DNA of 63,958 nucleotides, filler included, from Vicugna vicugna (GCA_013265495.1; 78 parts of 76 records of this genome joined end to end with filler, not necessarily neighbours in it); one strand, 5' to 3'; positions 12,417 through 25,641 are shown, counted from the whole stretch's first letter. Numbers and translations: made by a program. Notes: generated by a model from the sequence alone, not told the origin.

Positions 12417-13025
12417 NNNNNNNNNNNNNNNNNNNNNNNNNNNNNNNNNNNNNNNNNNNNTTAATTAATTAANNNNNNNNNNNNNNNNNNNNNNNNNNNN
12501 NNNNNNNNNNNNNNNNCTGAGGCCTCATCCTGTCTTTGGAAGTAACAGACCTCTCTTCGACCAGTATCCTGTGCCAAATGCTGGCTGAGTTGGTGCTTCC
12601 ATTCCTCTGTACATGGGAGCGAGTGAGTGCAGGTTGCACTTCTTCTCTGCCACCTGGGTATCGATGAATCTACACTATCCAGATACATTTCACAGAAATG
12701 TGATATTTGCTTAGCTCTTTGTTTCTATACAGCCGTGGTGGGAGGGATTGTCCGAAGACACCTGTTTTGACATTGTGTTCATATCTCATTTGCAGTCTTT
12801 AAGAAGTTAATTCATTTACATGTTTTAGGAGTTATACGAAAATGAGTTACTTTTTGAAATACACTCAATCGACCTAAAATCCAGACTTGTCAATTTTCTA
12901 ACATTTTGTCAGCTCTACGGAAAACNNNNNNNNNNNNNNNNNNNNNNNNNNNNNNNNNNNNNNNNNNNNTTAATTAATTAANNNNNNNNNNNNNNNNNNN
13001 NNNNNNNNNNNNNNNNNNNNNNNNN

Positions 13026-13509
13026 ACTTTCATTCACCATACAAGGCATATATACACTTAGAAAGATTTAATCTGAATTCATAGGTTTTTTCTATCATCA
13101 GGATCTAAAATCGGACATTTGACACCAGAAAACACTCTTTGTGCGAATTCTCACCAATACACATGTAATTTACATTGTTTACATAACCAAGGCATTCCTT
13201 ATAACGAACATGTTTCATGCATAACTAATTCCTCAAACATGCATTTCTGAGATGTGAACATCCGCATGACTGATGTTTCAACCACCAAACAAGTTACCTA
13301 TGCACTCTGAAATATTTACTTTGACTTGGTAGNNNNNNNNNNNNNNNNNNNNNNNNNNNNNNNNNNNNNNNNNNNNNNNNNNNNNNNNNNNNNNNNNNNN
13401 NNNNNNNNNNNNAAAAAACCTCGCGAATTCTACCCTAGAGGTATGTAATTTGAATAGATTCCAACTATAATATATTCCGTGTTTCGTGCATGCTACATAC
13501 ATGACGGAT
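13026..13509. repeat. Satellite D (AT-rich ~740-bp trimer), reverse orientation
   Basis: Reverse complement matches 57900-58339. Confidence 0.9.
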
Positions 13510-13609
13510 NNNNNNNNNNNNNNNNNNNNNNNNNNNNNNNNNNNNNNNNNNNNTTAATTAATTAANNNNNNNNNNNNNNNNNNNNNNNNNNNNNNNNNNN
13601 NNNNNNNNN

Positions 13610-14686
13610 ACCCCCCTAGCATTCCCTGGCAGATAGACATTAGGAAAACACTCACGGGAGGCGAGCTTAGGCATACCGTTAGAACCCAGTAGCTGCCGAC
13701 CATTGGTGGAACCTCCCCACGCTCAGGGTTCCGGGAGCATTCTCCATGCGTTGGGGAGCTCGAGAGACAAATAGACGCACCTCTCTTCAGTCACAGGTGG
13801 GTTCCCTGTTCAGGGAATTCTGAGCAATAACTTACCTAACCCTGGGGAGACAGCCTCTGTCACTGGGATTGCCTGCAAACCCCCCTAGAATTCCCTGACA
13901 GAGAGACATTAGGAAAACACTCAGGGGAGTTGACCTTAGGCATTCCGTTAGAACCCACGCGCTGCCGACCGTTGCTGGAACCTCCCCACGCTCAGGGTTC
14001 CGGAAGCATTCTTAGTGCGTGGGGGGAGACCGAGAGACAAATCCACGCAGCTCTCTTCAGTCACAGGTGGGTTCCCTGTTCGAGGAAGTCCGAGCAATAA
14101 CTTCCCTGACCTTGGGGAGGCAGCCTCTGTCACTGGGATTGCCGGCAAACCCCCCTAGCATTCCCTGGCAGATAGACATTNNNNNNNNNNNNNNNNNNNN
14201 NNNNNNNNNNNNNNNNNNNNNNNNNNNNNNNNNNNNNNNNNNNNNNNNNNNNNNNNNNNNNNNNNNNNNNNNNNNNNNNNNNNNCACGCAGCTCTCTTCA
14301 GTCACAGGTGGGTTCCCTGTTCGGGGAAGTCCGAGCAATACCTTCCCTGACCTTGGGGAGGCAGCCTCTGTCACTGGGATTGCCTGCAAACCCCCCTAGC
14401 AGTCTCTGGCAGATAGACATTAGGAAAATCCTCATAGGAGGCGAGCTTAGGCATTCGGTTAGAACCAACGCGCTGCCGACCGTTGGTGGAACCTCCCCAC
14501 GCTCAGGGTTCCGGAAGCATTCTCAGTGTGTTGTGGAGATCGAGAGACAAATCCACGCAGCTCTCTTCAGTCACAGGTGGGTTCCCTTTTCGGGGAATTC
14601 TGAGCAATAACTTCCCTAACACTGGGAGGCAGCCTCTGTCTCTGGGATTGCCTACAAACCCCCCTAGCATTCGCTGGCAGAGAGAG
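13610..14686. repeat. Satellite A, ~270-bp variant
   Basis: CCCCCTAG(C/A)ATTCCCTG at ~13611, 13881, 14151; highly similar tandem monomers. Confidence 0.95.
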
Positions 14687-14786
14687 NNNNNNNNNNNNNN
14701 NNNNNNNNNNNNNNNNNNNNNNNNNNNNNNTTAATTAATTAANNNNNNNNNNNNNNNNNNNNNNNNNNNNNNNNNNNNNNNNNNNN

Positions 14787-15241
14787 TCTAAATTCTATAT
14801 TCAGTATTCTGTATTCTATATTCTACATTCTTTGTTCAGCAGTCCATGTCCTCATTTCTGTGTTTTGTATTCTGTTTTCCATATTCTATATTCTGTGTTC
14901 TACATTCAATAATCTGTATTCTATATTCTGCATTCCGTATTCTATTTTCTATATTCTGTGTTATACATTCTATATTCTAAATTGTATTGTCAGTATTCTC
15001 TATAATATATTCTAAGTTTTGTGCTCTGCATTCCATGTTCTAAATTCTGGGTTCTGTATTCTGTTTTCCATCTATATTTTCTGCCTTCTATATTCTTTAT
15101 TGTATATTTTGCATGCCGTATTCCATATTCTGTGTTCTACATTCTATATTCCAAATTCTATATTGAGTATTCGGTATTCTATATTTTAAATTCTGAGTTC
15201 TGAATTCCATGTTCTAAATTTTGTTTTCTATATTCTGTATT
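14787..15241. repeat. Satellite E: heptamer (ATATTCT)n-type
   Basis: Degenerate 7-bp periodicity; reverse complement of 23512-24325. Confidence 0.93.
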
Positions 15242-16049
15242 NNNNNNNNNNNNNNNNNNNNNNNNNNNNNNNNNNNNNNNNNNNNTTAATTAATTAANNN
15301 NNNNNNNNNNNNNNNNNNNNNNNNNNNNNNNNNNNNNNNNNCATCAGCTTACTGGTGAGGCTCCGAGGTACTTTCAGACATGCCCATTCCTGTTGAAGTC
15401 GACTGTATGGGAGATACAAAGAGAAACTGGCCGAAAAGCTGGCTGCACGGATTGAGGAGAGATGCGAACACATTGATGAGAGATGTTCTGCTACAATGCA
15501 GATTANNNNNNNNNNNNNNNNNNNNNNNNNNNNNNNNNNNNNNNNNNNNNNNNNNNNNNNNNNNNNNNNNNNNNNNNNNNNNNNNNNNNNNNNNNNNNNN
15601 NNNNNNNNNNNNNNNNNNNNNNNNNNNNNNNNNNNNNNNNNNNNNNNNNNNNNNNNNNNNNNNNNNNNNNNNNNNNNNNNNNNNNNNNNNNNNNNNNNNN
15701 NAGAGGTCGTGCCACACGTCCCAAGGGGCATTTCCAAGCGAATCAGACCAAAGTGCACCAAGCCCAGGAAAGCCTTTTCCCAGGTTTGGGCCCAGATAAC
15801 AAGCACTTGCTCTTTCCTCCAATCCACTCAACCATCCATTTGGAAGGATCAGTACCTGAGATGCAATGAAGCCAGTACGAGAAGGGCAAGCCCCTCCTTG
15901 AATAAGAGTTCCTCCAGCTTTACACTCTGTGAACAACAGTGAACTGCTTNNNNNNNNNNNNNNNNNNNNNNNNNNNNNNNNNNNNNNNNNNNNTTAATTA
16001 ATTAANNNNNNNNNNNNNNNNNNNNNNNNNNNNNNNNNNNNNNNNNNNN

Positions 16050-16821
16050 CTTCTGTGAGAAATGCACGAATTCGAACCTTGTGTTAGGGAAAGCAAGTGA
16101 AAATGTGTACACATGTCTAGAAGAAAATATTCTTTTATAGAGGATGAAAGATTAATAATCCACATGCTCTCCACTCAGGAATGTATATTTGTCGAATCCG
16201 TCATATATGTAGCATGTACGGAACACGGAATATAACATAGATTGAATCTATTCAAATTACATATCAATAGGGTAGAATTCGCTAAAAGATTGTTTTTCTG
16301 GGTTCCAAATGTGATTCTTGAAACTGGTGATAGGAAGAAGCTACGGAATCAAAGTAAATATTTCAGAGTGCATACTTAACTTGTTTGGTGCTTGAAACTT
16401 CAGTCATGCACATGTTCACAAATCAGAAATGCAAGTTTGAGGAATCCGTGATGCATGAAACAAGTTCATAATACGGAATACCATGGTTACGTAAACAATG
16501 TAAATTACATNNNNNNNNNNNNNNNNNNNNNNNNNNNNNNNNNNNNNNNNNNNNNNNNNNNNNNNNNNNNNNNNNNNNNNNNNNNNNNNNNNNNNNNNNN
16601 NNNNNNNNNNNNNNNNNNNNNNNNNNNNNNNNNNNNNNNNNNNNNNNNNNNNNNNNNNNNNNNNNNNNNNNNNNNNNNNNNNNNNNNNNNNNNNNNNNNN
16701 NNNNNNNNNNNNNNNNNNNNNNNNNNNNNNNNNNNNNNNNNNNNNNNNNNNNNCATGTAAATTACATACCTATTCAGTGGAAATCGCTCCAGAAATATTT
16801 TTTGTGAAAAATGTACGAATT
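16050..16821. repeat. Satellite D
   Basis: Colinear with 57760-58215. Confidence 0.92.
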
Positions 16822-17189
16822 NNNNNNNNNNNNNNNNNNNNNNNNNNNNNNNNNNNNNNNNNNNNTTAATTAATTAANNNNNNNNNNNNNNNNNNNNNNN
16901 NNNNNNNNNNNNNNNNNNNNNCAAGTGACTGCCCACCAGCATGCTGACCACCATCACATCTGCCAGTGTTGTATTGTAGAGAATAGACAAACTTCTAAAA
17001 AGCCCAGGAAATGTTGACAAGGGAAGAAAAGACTGCGGTCAGTCCTGGGACAGAGGCCCTGAGAGCAGAGGCCAGAAGGCTGCAGGTGAACTGGAGTGGC
17101 CCTGGGGCAGGAAAGGACCACGGAGGAGCAGATCTTAATCCTCTACTCTCACTCCCTCGGGTAGGAGAGATAAAGTCTGCATCCTTCTC

Positions 17190-17398
17190 ACATGGAACTG
17201 TGGGTTCCGATGGGCAAGAGTCTTACCTACAGGGAATGATTACTCAAAACTCTGTGGGAAAAGTCGAGAAAGCGAGAGGGATTAGGGAGCCAACTCCACG
17301 AGCCTCTCAATTGCTCCCATATTTATTGTGTATAATCAAAGGAAAAATTAAGCTGTGTGATAGTAAGCAGGAACTTGGGGAAAGAAGGGATGAGACAG
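17190..17398 (-). mobile_element. Possible ERV LTR fragment
   Basis: Minus-strand AATAAA (tttatt ~17322) in an LTR-like context; family not identified. Confidence 0.35.
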
Positions 17399-17498
17399 NN
17401 NNNNNNNNNNNNNNNNNNNNNNNNNNNNNNNNNNNNNNNNNNTTAATTAATTAANNNNNNNNNNNNNNNNNNNNNNNNNNNNNNNNNNNNNNNNNNNN

Positions 17499-17872
17499 TT
17501 CAAGGTTCGTCTACATTGTAGCATGTGTCAGGACTTCATTCCTCTTTAATGGCAGAACAATATTCCACTGCCTGGATATACCACATTCTGTTTATCCATT
17601 TATCAGTTGGCAGATATTTGGATTGTTTCCATGTGTTAGTTATTATTAATAATATTACTAAAAACATTCATGTATAAGTTTTTGTGTGGACATATATTTT
17701 CATTTCTCTTGGGTATAAATACACCTAGGAACAGAATTGTTGGGTCCTATGTTAACCCTGTGTTTGATCATTTGAGGAACTACCAGACTGTTATCCAAAG
17801 CAGCTGCACCATGTTTCATTCCCACCATCAGTTTATGAGGGTTTTAATGTCTCCACATCCTCACTGACACTT
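17499..17872 (-). mobile_element. Old LINE-1 (L1M-type) ORF2 end / 3' UTR
   Basis: gtttatccatttatcagttgg...ggattgtttcc...acctaggaacagaattgttgggtc...cccaccatcagtttatgaggg. Confidence 0.88.
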
Positions 17873-19316
17873 GGCTCAATGATTTATAAGGTTCTTTCTA
17901 CTTCTAAGCTCCCCAGATTCTGGGGTGAAATCCAGTGACTTTTGAGACAACNNNNNNNNNNNNNNNNNNNNNNNNNNNNNNNNNNNNNNNNNNNNNNNNN
18001 NNNNNNNNNNNNNNNNNNNNNNNNNNNNNNNNNNNNNNNNNNNNNNNNNNNNNNNNNNNNNNNNNNNNNNNNNNNNNNNNNNNNNNNNNNNNNNNNNNNN
18101 NNNNNNNNNNNNNNNNNNNNNNNNNNNNNNNNNNNNNNNNNNNNNNNNNNNNNNNNNNNNNNNNNNNNNNNNNNNNNNNNNNNNNNNNNNNNNNNNNNNN
18201 NNNNNNNNNNNNNNNNNNNNNNNNNNNNNNNNNNNNNNNNNNNNNNNNNNNNNNNNNNNNNNNNNNNNNNNNNNNNNNNNNNNNNNNNNNNNNNNNNNNN
18301 NNNNNNNNNNNNNNNNNNNNNNNNNNNNNNNNNNNNNNNNNNNNNNNNNNNNNNNNNNNNNNNNNNNNNNNNNNNNNNNNNNNNNNNNNNNNNNNNNNNN
18401 NNNNNNNNNNNNNNNNNNNNNNNNNNNNNNNNNNNNNNNNNNNNNNNNNNNNNNNNNNNNNNNNNNNNNNNNNNNNNNNNNNNNNNNNNNNNNNNNNNNN
18501 NNNNNNNNNNNNNNNNNNNNNNNNNNNNNNNNNNNNNNNNNNNNNNNNNNNNNNNNNNNNNNNNNNNNNNNNNNNNNNNNNNNNNNNNNNNNNNNNNNNN
18601 NNNNNNNNNNNNNNNNNNNNNNNNNNNNNNNNNNNNNNNNNNNNNNNNNNNNNNNNNNNNNNNNNNNNNNNNNNNNNNNNNNNNNNNNNNNNNNNNNNNN
18701 NNNNNNNNNNNNNNNNNNNNNNNNNNNNNNNNNNNNNNNNNNNNNNNNNNNNNNNNNNNNNNNNNNNNNNNNNNNNNNNNNNNNNNNNGGGGATTTACTG
18801 GCTCATGCCACAAGGCAGTGGGACTCTGAGCTGCTGCTGGTCCGGGGAAATGCCCAGGACTGGAGTCAGGATGCCTGGGATGTGGTACTTCCTGTCACTA
18901 GGCCACAGGCACATTGCTCCAGGGTGCAGTTAGAGGGAGGTGGTGATGTATGCTCTGTCTCCCTCATACACAGGGTGACAGAAGTAGCTGACTGGATGGT
19001 GCAGAGCTGCAGACCCCAGTGTTAGGAGGCCCAGAGCTGTCTCCCAGGCCTCCACAGATAACGCCAGATCTGACTCAACAGTTCATATCTGATGGCAGCT
19101 TATTCTGTTACCCTGTGAAAGGCGCGAAGCCTTGACCTGGAGCGGTTCCAGGGCCCACTTCAGAAGTGACCATGTTGAGCAAAGGATGGGAACGTTGAGT
19201 GGGTGGAGCTGTGGGCNNNNNNNNNNNNNNNNNNNNNNNNNNNNNNNNNNNNNNNNNNNNTTAATTAATTAANNNNNNNNNNNNNNNNNNNNNNNNNNNN
19301 NNNNNNNNNNNNNNNN

Positions 19317-19600
19317 CCATAAGTTTCTTCTCACAACAAGGAGAAAAATAATAAAATTTATGCAAAAACCTTGAAGACAAAAATTTTCCAAAATTATTTT
19401 TAAAAATGAGCATAGCTGTGGGTATTATCCTCCCTGAGTATATAACATACAACAAACCTACAGTAATAAATGCATCAAAATATGGCACTTCAAGAAACAC
19501 ATAGATAAATGGAACAAAATAAAGAGTACTAAAATAAACCAACACACACATATGGTCAATTAGTCTACAATGAAGGATGCAAGAGTATACAACTGAAAAA
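19317..19600 (+). mobile_element. Decayed LINE-1 ORF2 fragment
   Basis: acacatagataaatggaacaaaataaagag...atatggtcaatt aligns with 32604-32700. Confidence 0.82.
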
Positions 19601-20127
19601 NNNNNNNNNNNNNNNNNNNNNNNNNNNNNNNNNNNNNNNNNNNNNNNNNNNNNNNNNNNNNNNNNNNNNNNNNNNNNNNNNNNNNNNNNNNNNNNNNNNN
19701 NNNNNNNNNNNNNNNNNNNNNNNNNNNNNNNNNNNNNNNNNNNNNNNNNNNNNNNNNNNNNNNNNNNNNNNNNNNNNNNNNNNNNNNNNNNNNNNNNNNN
19801 NNNNNNNTCTGTCCCCAAAAAAAAAAGGAAAAATAACAATTACAGTTTTTAGTTTACTGAGGAAAAAGTAGATATACTNNNNNNNNNNNNNNNNNNNNNN
19901 NNNNNNNNNNNNNNNNNNNNNNTTAATTAATTAANNNNNNNNNNNNNNNNNNNNNNNNNNNNNNNNNNNNNNNNNNNNGCTTGAGGACCAGAGACTCAAC
20001 CAGAGCCATAGCGGGAGGAGAGGGTGAGGGTCAACAATCATCAAGGCTTCATTAATATCAGCAGAGCATCCAGAACCAGCAGTGACCATGCTTCTCCCCC
20101 TGCACTGGTCAGACATCATGAGGACAG

Positions 20128-20290
20128 TGACTGTGGCTCCTATTTCCTGAGCGCCTCTTTAGTGCCAGGCACCAGCTAAGTTCTCCACTGTCATTACCAC
20201 ATTTGGTCCTGGAGACAACCTGTTAAGGGAGGGACCACTGTCCCCATCCTAGAGGCAGGAAAGCTGAGGTCAGCAAATTAAGTCCCCTAT
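20128..20290 (-). mobile_element. MIR SINE
   Basis: ctgagcgcctct..gtgccaggcac...ccccatcctagaggcaggaaagctgagg resembles the reverse MIR core. Confidence 0.7.
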
Positions 20291-21304
20291 CAAGAGACAT
20301 TAGGAATGTTGTGTGTTAAGAGAGGCAAGNNNNNNNNNNNNNNNNNNNNNNNNNNNNNNNNNNNNNNNNNNNNNNNNNNNNNNNNNNNNNNNNNNNNNNN
20401 NNNNNNNNNNNNNNNNNNNNNNNNNNNNNNNNNNNNNNNNNNNNNNNNNNNNNNNNNNNNNNNNNNNNNNNNNNNNNNNNNNNNNNNNNNNNNNNNNNNN
20501 NNNNNNNNNNNNNNNNNNNNNNNNNNNNNNNNNNNNNNNNNNNNNNNNNNNNNNNNNNNNNNNNNNNNNNNNNNNNNNNNNNNNNNNNNNNNNNNNNNNN
20601 NNNNNNNNNNNNNNNNNNNNNNNNNNNNNNNNNNNNNNNACTGATGTCTCATGACAGGGAAGGCAGCCAGGACCCTGGGATCGAGCCAAGTCAGGGCCCC
20701 TCAGCACCTGGCACCGGCCTCCCAAGTTGGGCACCACTGTGACACGCACAGGGAGCCCAGCCCAGTGATGAGTTCAGGTCTCAGAGCTTTGGGCCCCAGT
20801 CCAGGAGCAGAGCTAAGGCAAGAGCTAATGCCTCTGCCTTTGCACCGAGCAGGAGGTCTGCATGGGGAGGAGAGAGCACCGAGACCGCCTCCCAGGCCAG
20901 GCCCAGGCTGAGCCTGCAGGGGCTAAGGCCACGTCAGGGCCGGCACAGGGACAGACTGAGCCAAGAGCTCTAGCCTAGGGCCTGGGGAGGATGGTGTCTA
21001 GCCAGCGGGGTCCATGTCTCTGACCTGACCTGGGGGTTGGTAGACCTAGGCAGGGCCCAGAGACCAAGNNNNNNNNNNNNNNNNNNNNNNNNNNNNNNNN
21101 NNNNNNNNNNNNTTAATTAATTAANNNNNNNNNNNNNNNNNNNNNNNNNNNNNNNNNNNNNNNNNNNNTTAAGATAAATTAAATACTAAGCTACTCATTT
21201 TATGCATACCTTAACAAATACCATATAAGTACCCTTATTCTTATGTTATTAATTCAGCTTCATCCATGCATGGCATGACATTTTAGCAGTTAAACATATC
21301 AGCT

Positions 21305-21910
21305 TTGTTAACTTCCTAACATATGACTCTCACTAAGAAAGTAAAGCGGGGCTTTATTGAGGGGTGGATGGTCCACTGTAAGGGGGGAGCCGAGCCGNNN
21401 NNNNNNNNNNNNNNNNNNNNNNNNNNNNNNNNNNNNNNNNNNNNNNNNNNNNNNNNNNNNNNNNNNNNNNNNNNNNNNNNNNNNNNNNNNNNNNNNNNNN
21501 NNNNNNNNNNNNNNNNNNNNNNNNNNNNNNNNNNNNNNNNNNNNNNNNNNNNNNNNNNNNNNNNNNNNNNNNNNNNNNNNNNNNNNNNNNNNNNNNNNNN
21601 NNNNNNNNNNNNNNNNNNNNNNNNNNNNNNNNNNNNNNNNNNNNNNNNNNNNNNNNNNNNNNNNNNNNNNNNNNNNNNNNNNNNNNNNNNNNNNNNNNNN
21701 NNNNNNNNNNNNNNNNNNNNNNNNNNNNNNNNNNNNNNNNNNNNNNNNNNNNNNNNNNNNNNNNNTCCTCCTTTTTCTGCCTAGAGACCCCTGTTGTTTA
21801 TACGATGTATAGTTTCCTGCTTTTGGCCCCAGTGCCCCTCCTTTTTGCCCAATTCCTGTCATTTGGCCTGTGCCCCTTTTCTCTGCTCAGATCTAGCTAT
21901 CTGCGTACTC
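21305..21910 (-). mobile_element. Probable ERV LTR (gapped)
   Basis: gctttattgagggg (minus-strand polyA signal) with LTR-like flanks; family not identified. Confidence 0.4.
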
Positions 21911-21926
21911 TAATGATTACACCCAT

Positions 21927-21970
21927 TATTATAGACTGAATGTTTGTGTCTCAAATTCATATGTTGAAAC
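21927..21970 (+). mobile_element. MaLR MLT1-type LTR 5' start
   Basis: tattatagactgaatgtttgtgtctcaaattcatatgttgaaa resembles the MLT1A/B start. Confidence 0.7.
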
Positions 21971-22070
21971 NNNNNNNNNNNNNNNNNNNNNNNNNNNNNN
22001 NNNNNNNNNNNNNNTTAATTAATTAANNNNNNNNNNNNNNNNNNNNNNNNNNNNNNNNNNNNNNNNNNNN

Positions 22071-22819
22071 AAAAAAAACTGTTAGAATGAATAAACAAAT
22101 ACAATAAAGTCACACAATATCAACATACAGAAACCATTTGCATTTCTATACACTAACAGTGAAACATCTGGGAAAAATAAAGAGGACAATCTCATTAAAA
22201 TTGTATCAAGAGCAATAAAATAGTTAATAAATTTGCAAGGGGTGAAAAATCTTATAAAAAATATAAGACTGATGAAAGAAATTGAGGAAGACACAAATCA
22301 ATGGAAAGCTATTCCATGTTCATGAATTAGAAGATTTAATATTGTTAAAATGTGCATCCCACCCAAAGCCATCTGTAAGTTCAGTGTAATTCCTATCAAG
22401 ACCAATGGCTTTTTCACAGAAATAGAAAAAAATAAAAAAGTAAAATTCATTGCAAACCACAAAAGACCTCAAATAGTCATAGCAATGTTTNNNNNNNNNN
22501 NNNNNNNNNNNNNNNNNNNNNNNNNNNNNNNNNNNNNNNNNNNNNNNNNNNNNNNNNNNNNNNNNNNNNNNNNNNNNNNNNNNNNNNNNNNNNNNNNNNN
22601 NNNNNNNNNNNNNNNNNNNNNNNNNNNNNNNNNNNNNNNNNNNNNNNNNNNNNNNNNNNNNNNNNNNNNNNNNNNNNNNNNNNNNNNNNNNNNNNNNNNN
22701 ATCAACGGTGAAAACTGGATATTTACATGCAAAAGAAGGAAACTAGAACCCCTATCTTACACTACTTCCGAAACGTAACTTAAAATGCACTAAAGACTTA
22801 AATTCATTTAAGACCTGAA
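22071..22819 (+). mobile_element. LINE-1 ORF2 fragment (RT C-terminal region)
   Basis: gaaagaaattgaggaagacacaaatcaatggaaagctattccatgttcatg (KEIEEDTN.WK.IPCS); PKAICKFSVIPIK. Confidence 0.92.
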
Positions 22820-22919
22820 NNNNNNNNNNNNNNNNNNNNNNNNNNNNNNNNNNNNNNNNNNNNTTAATTAATTAANNNNNNNNNNNNNNNNNNNNNNNNN
22901 NNNNNNNNNNNNNNNNNNN

Positions 22920-23411
22920 ATAGTTCGATGTGGCTAAAATTCAAGGTTTAAAAGAAGGAATGGTGTAACAGGTGGAAGTCAATTCCAGATCATGAAGAGC
23001 CCTGAATGTTATGTTGGGGGTTTCCAAGATTATCCTGAAAGCATTGATAAGTCAGTGAGGGATTTGTATGCAAAAGGATCTCTTGATCAGACACTGATTT
23101 AAGAAAGGGAGTTCTGAATGCTGATGAAGCATTGATTGGGAAGAGTGATGACTGGAAGAATGGAGAAACTTTCAGAGAAAAATTTAAACTGAAGGCAGGA
23201 ATGATGAGAAGAGAAGAAGGTTGGAGTCAAGATGCCATGAATAGGTCAGTGATGAGGCAGAGAGGAGTCAGAGATGACTGTTCGTTTTCTGATTTGAGGT
23301 TCTTACATTAAGGAAGAAGCCACTCACACAAAAAAAAAATGAAATCCTAGAGAAGAAGAAGAAGAATGGGCAAGATGCTGGATTTAATGACACATACACT
23401 AAGTTTAAAGA
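22920..23411 (-). mobile_element. LINE-2 relic
   Basis: Purine-rich reverse L2 text (ccagatcatgaagagccctgaatg; gaggagtcagagatgactgttcgttttctg). Confidence 0.65.
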
Positions 23412-23511
23412 NNNNNNNNNNNNNNNNNNNNNNNNNNNNNNNNNNNNNNNNNNNNTTAATTAATTAANNNNNNNNNNNNNNNNNNNNNNNNNNNNNNNNN
23501 NNNNNNNNNNN

Positions 23512-24325
23512 ACTCAGAATATAAAATATAGAATAGAAAATATTGAATACAGAATTCAGAACATGGAATGCAAACACAGAATTTAGAATATATATTACAG
23601 AAATCTGAATATATAATTTAGAACATAGAATGCAGAACACAGAATTTAGAATATAGAAAACAGAATATTGAATACAGAATTTAGAATATAGAACGTAGAA
23701 CTCAGAATATAGAATATAGAACACGGAATATAGAATATGGTATACAGAATATTGAATGTAGAACACAGAATATAGAATATGGAAAACAGAAATCAGAACC
23801 CATAATTTAGAACATGGAATGCAGAACACAGAATTTAGAATATAGAATACAGAATTATGAATATAGAATTTAGAACATAGAATGCAGAACACAGAATTTA
23901 GAATGTAGAATACAGAATACTGAATATAGAATTTAGAATATAGAATGTCGAACACAGAATATAGAATATAGAAGACAGAATACTGAATAACAGAATACTG
24001 AATAAAGAATTTAGAACTTGGAATGCAGAATAGAGAATTTAGAATATTGAATACAGAACTGAATATATAATTTATAATATAGAATGTAGAACACAGAATA
24101 TAGAATAGAGAATAGAGAATAGACAACCCAGAATTTAGAACATGGAATGCAGATCTCAGAATTTAGAATATAGAATAGAGAATACTGAATACAGAATTTA
24201 GAATATAGAATGTAGGACCCAGAATATACAATATGGAAAACAGAATACAGAATCCAAAATGTAGAACATGGAATGTAGAGCACAGAATTTAGAATATAGT
24301 ATAAAGAATACTGAATATAGGATTT
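23512..24325. repeat. Satellite E: (AGAATAT)n-type heptamer array
   Basis: In-phase heptamers AGAATAT/AGAACAC/AGAATTT/GGAATGC over ~800 bp. Confidence 0.95.
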
Positions 24326-24425
24326 NNNNNNNNNNNNNNNNNNNNNNNNNNNNNNNNNNNNNNNNNNNNTTAATTAATTAANNNNNNNNNNNNNNNNNNN
24401 NNNNNNNNNNNNNNNNNNNNNNNNN

Positions 24426-24876
24426 CCTGATGGAAAGCCTAGGTGGGAGTGCGGGGGAAAGTGTGGTTTGAGCTCCGAAACCATGTATATGCGGTGACCT
24501 CTCTATGGTTTGTGGAGGTGTTTATATTACATCCGTAACCTGGGAACACCTGTGCCCCCATAAAGATCCGTTGAGTCTGTTTCCACACCTCCAGCACACA
24601 CACGAACACTTGCACAGTTATCCTGAGAGTGGGCAGCCTCCTCCAACTGAGAGCAGGGCTTTGGTNNNNNNNNNNNNNNNNNNNNNNNNNNNNNNNNNNN
24701 NNNNNNNNNNNNNNNNNNNNNNNNNNNNNNNNNNNNNNNNNNNNNNNNNNNNNNNNNNNNNNNNNNNNNNNNNNNNNNNNNNNNNNNNNNNNNNNNNNNN
24801 NNNNGAATACCTGTGCTCCTTGAAAGAAGCTTGGACTCTGTATCCCCACCACCAGTACACACATGAAGAAGTTTTC
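24426..24876. repeat. Satellite B
   Basis: Matches 12207-12416. Confidence 0.9.
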
Positions 24877-25641
24877 NNNNNNNNNNNNNNNNNNNNNNNN
24901 NNNNNNNNNNNNNNNNNNNNTTAATTAATTAANNNNNNNNNNNNNNNNNNNNNNNNNNNNNNNNNNNNNNNNNNNNTTTGAATTGGTCTTAGTGTTTTCA
25001 GAAGACGACCACTGAGCAGATTACTGGGAGAACCACCCAGCCACATGCAGCGTGTGGGAACCACTTAACTTGGGCCCCTAAGCCGCTGGCTGGGATACAA
25101 GCCAGGGAGAAGAGACATTTATTATAGAAGCCACAGCTGATGAGAATGGAGCTACACTAACAGGAACAGCATGGGGGGAAGACACATAACACTGTAATTA
25201 CTTGTCCTCTCCATAATGCACAAGCAAATCTGCCTCTGGAACCAGAACCCACTTCCACTTATTTGCAATACACAGAGACTATTTCAACAATAGGGTACAT
25301 GATCTAATGTAATTGAAATTATTATTAAGCACTGACCTGTTTACCCACAGCTTGGCCATTCTAATGCTCCCTTTCTCCCTTTTACTAATGCAAAGCTGGA
25401 GCTAATTCACTTCTCAAATAGGCTAGAGAAAGAACGTTTCCACTTGAAGTTTTCTAAAGACTGTAATGTACTGGAATTGAAGTGCCTAAAATATAGTCTG
25501 TTTTGACTTGGTTCTAAAACTGGTGTAGAAATGACCTCAGCNNNNNNNNNNNNNNNNNNNNNNNNNNNNNNNNNNNNNNNNNNNNTTAATTAATTAANNN
25601 NNNNNNNNNNNNNNNNNNNNNNNNNNNNNNNNNNNNNNNNN

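Noticed and set aside
15342..15949. Possible coding exon fragment
   Set aside because: No recognisable domain in any frame and interrupted by a gap.
17884..18933. Long ORFs spanning N runs (also 6028-6939, 31179-32559, 34295-35253, 48083-48955)
   Set aside because: Their length comes from X read-through of gaps.
23464..24283. Long Y/I/L/S/F-rich ORFs (also 15021-15203, 45280-45741, 58447-59106) as membrane or repeat proteins
   Set aside because: Translations of the heptamer satellite; three heptamers give a 7-aa period.
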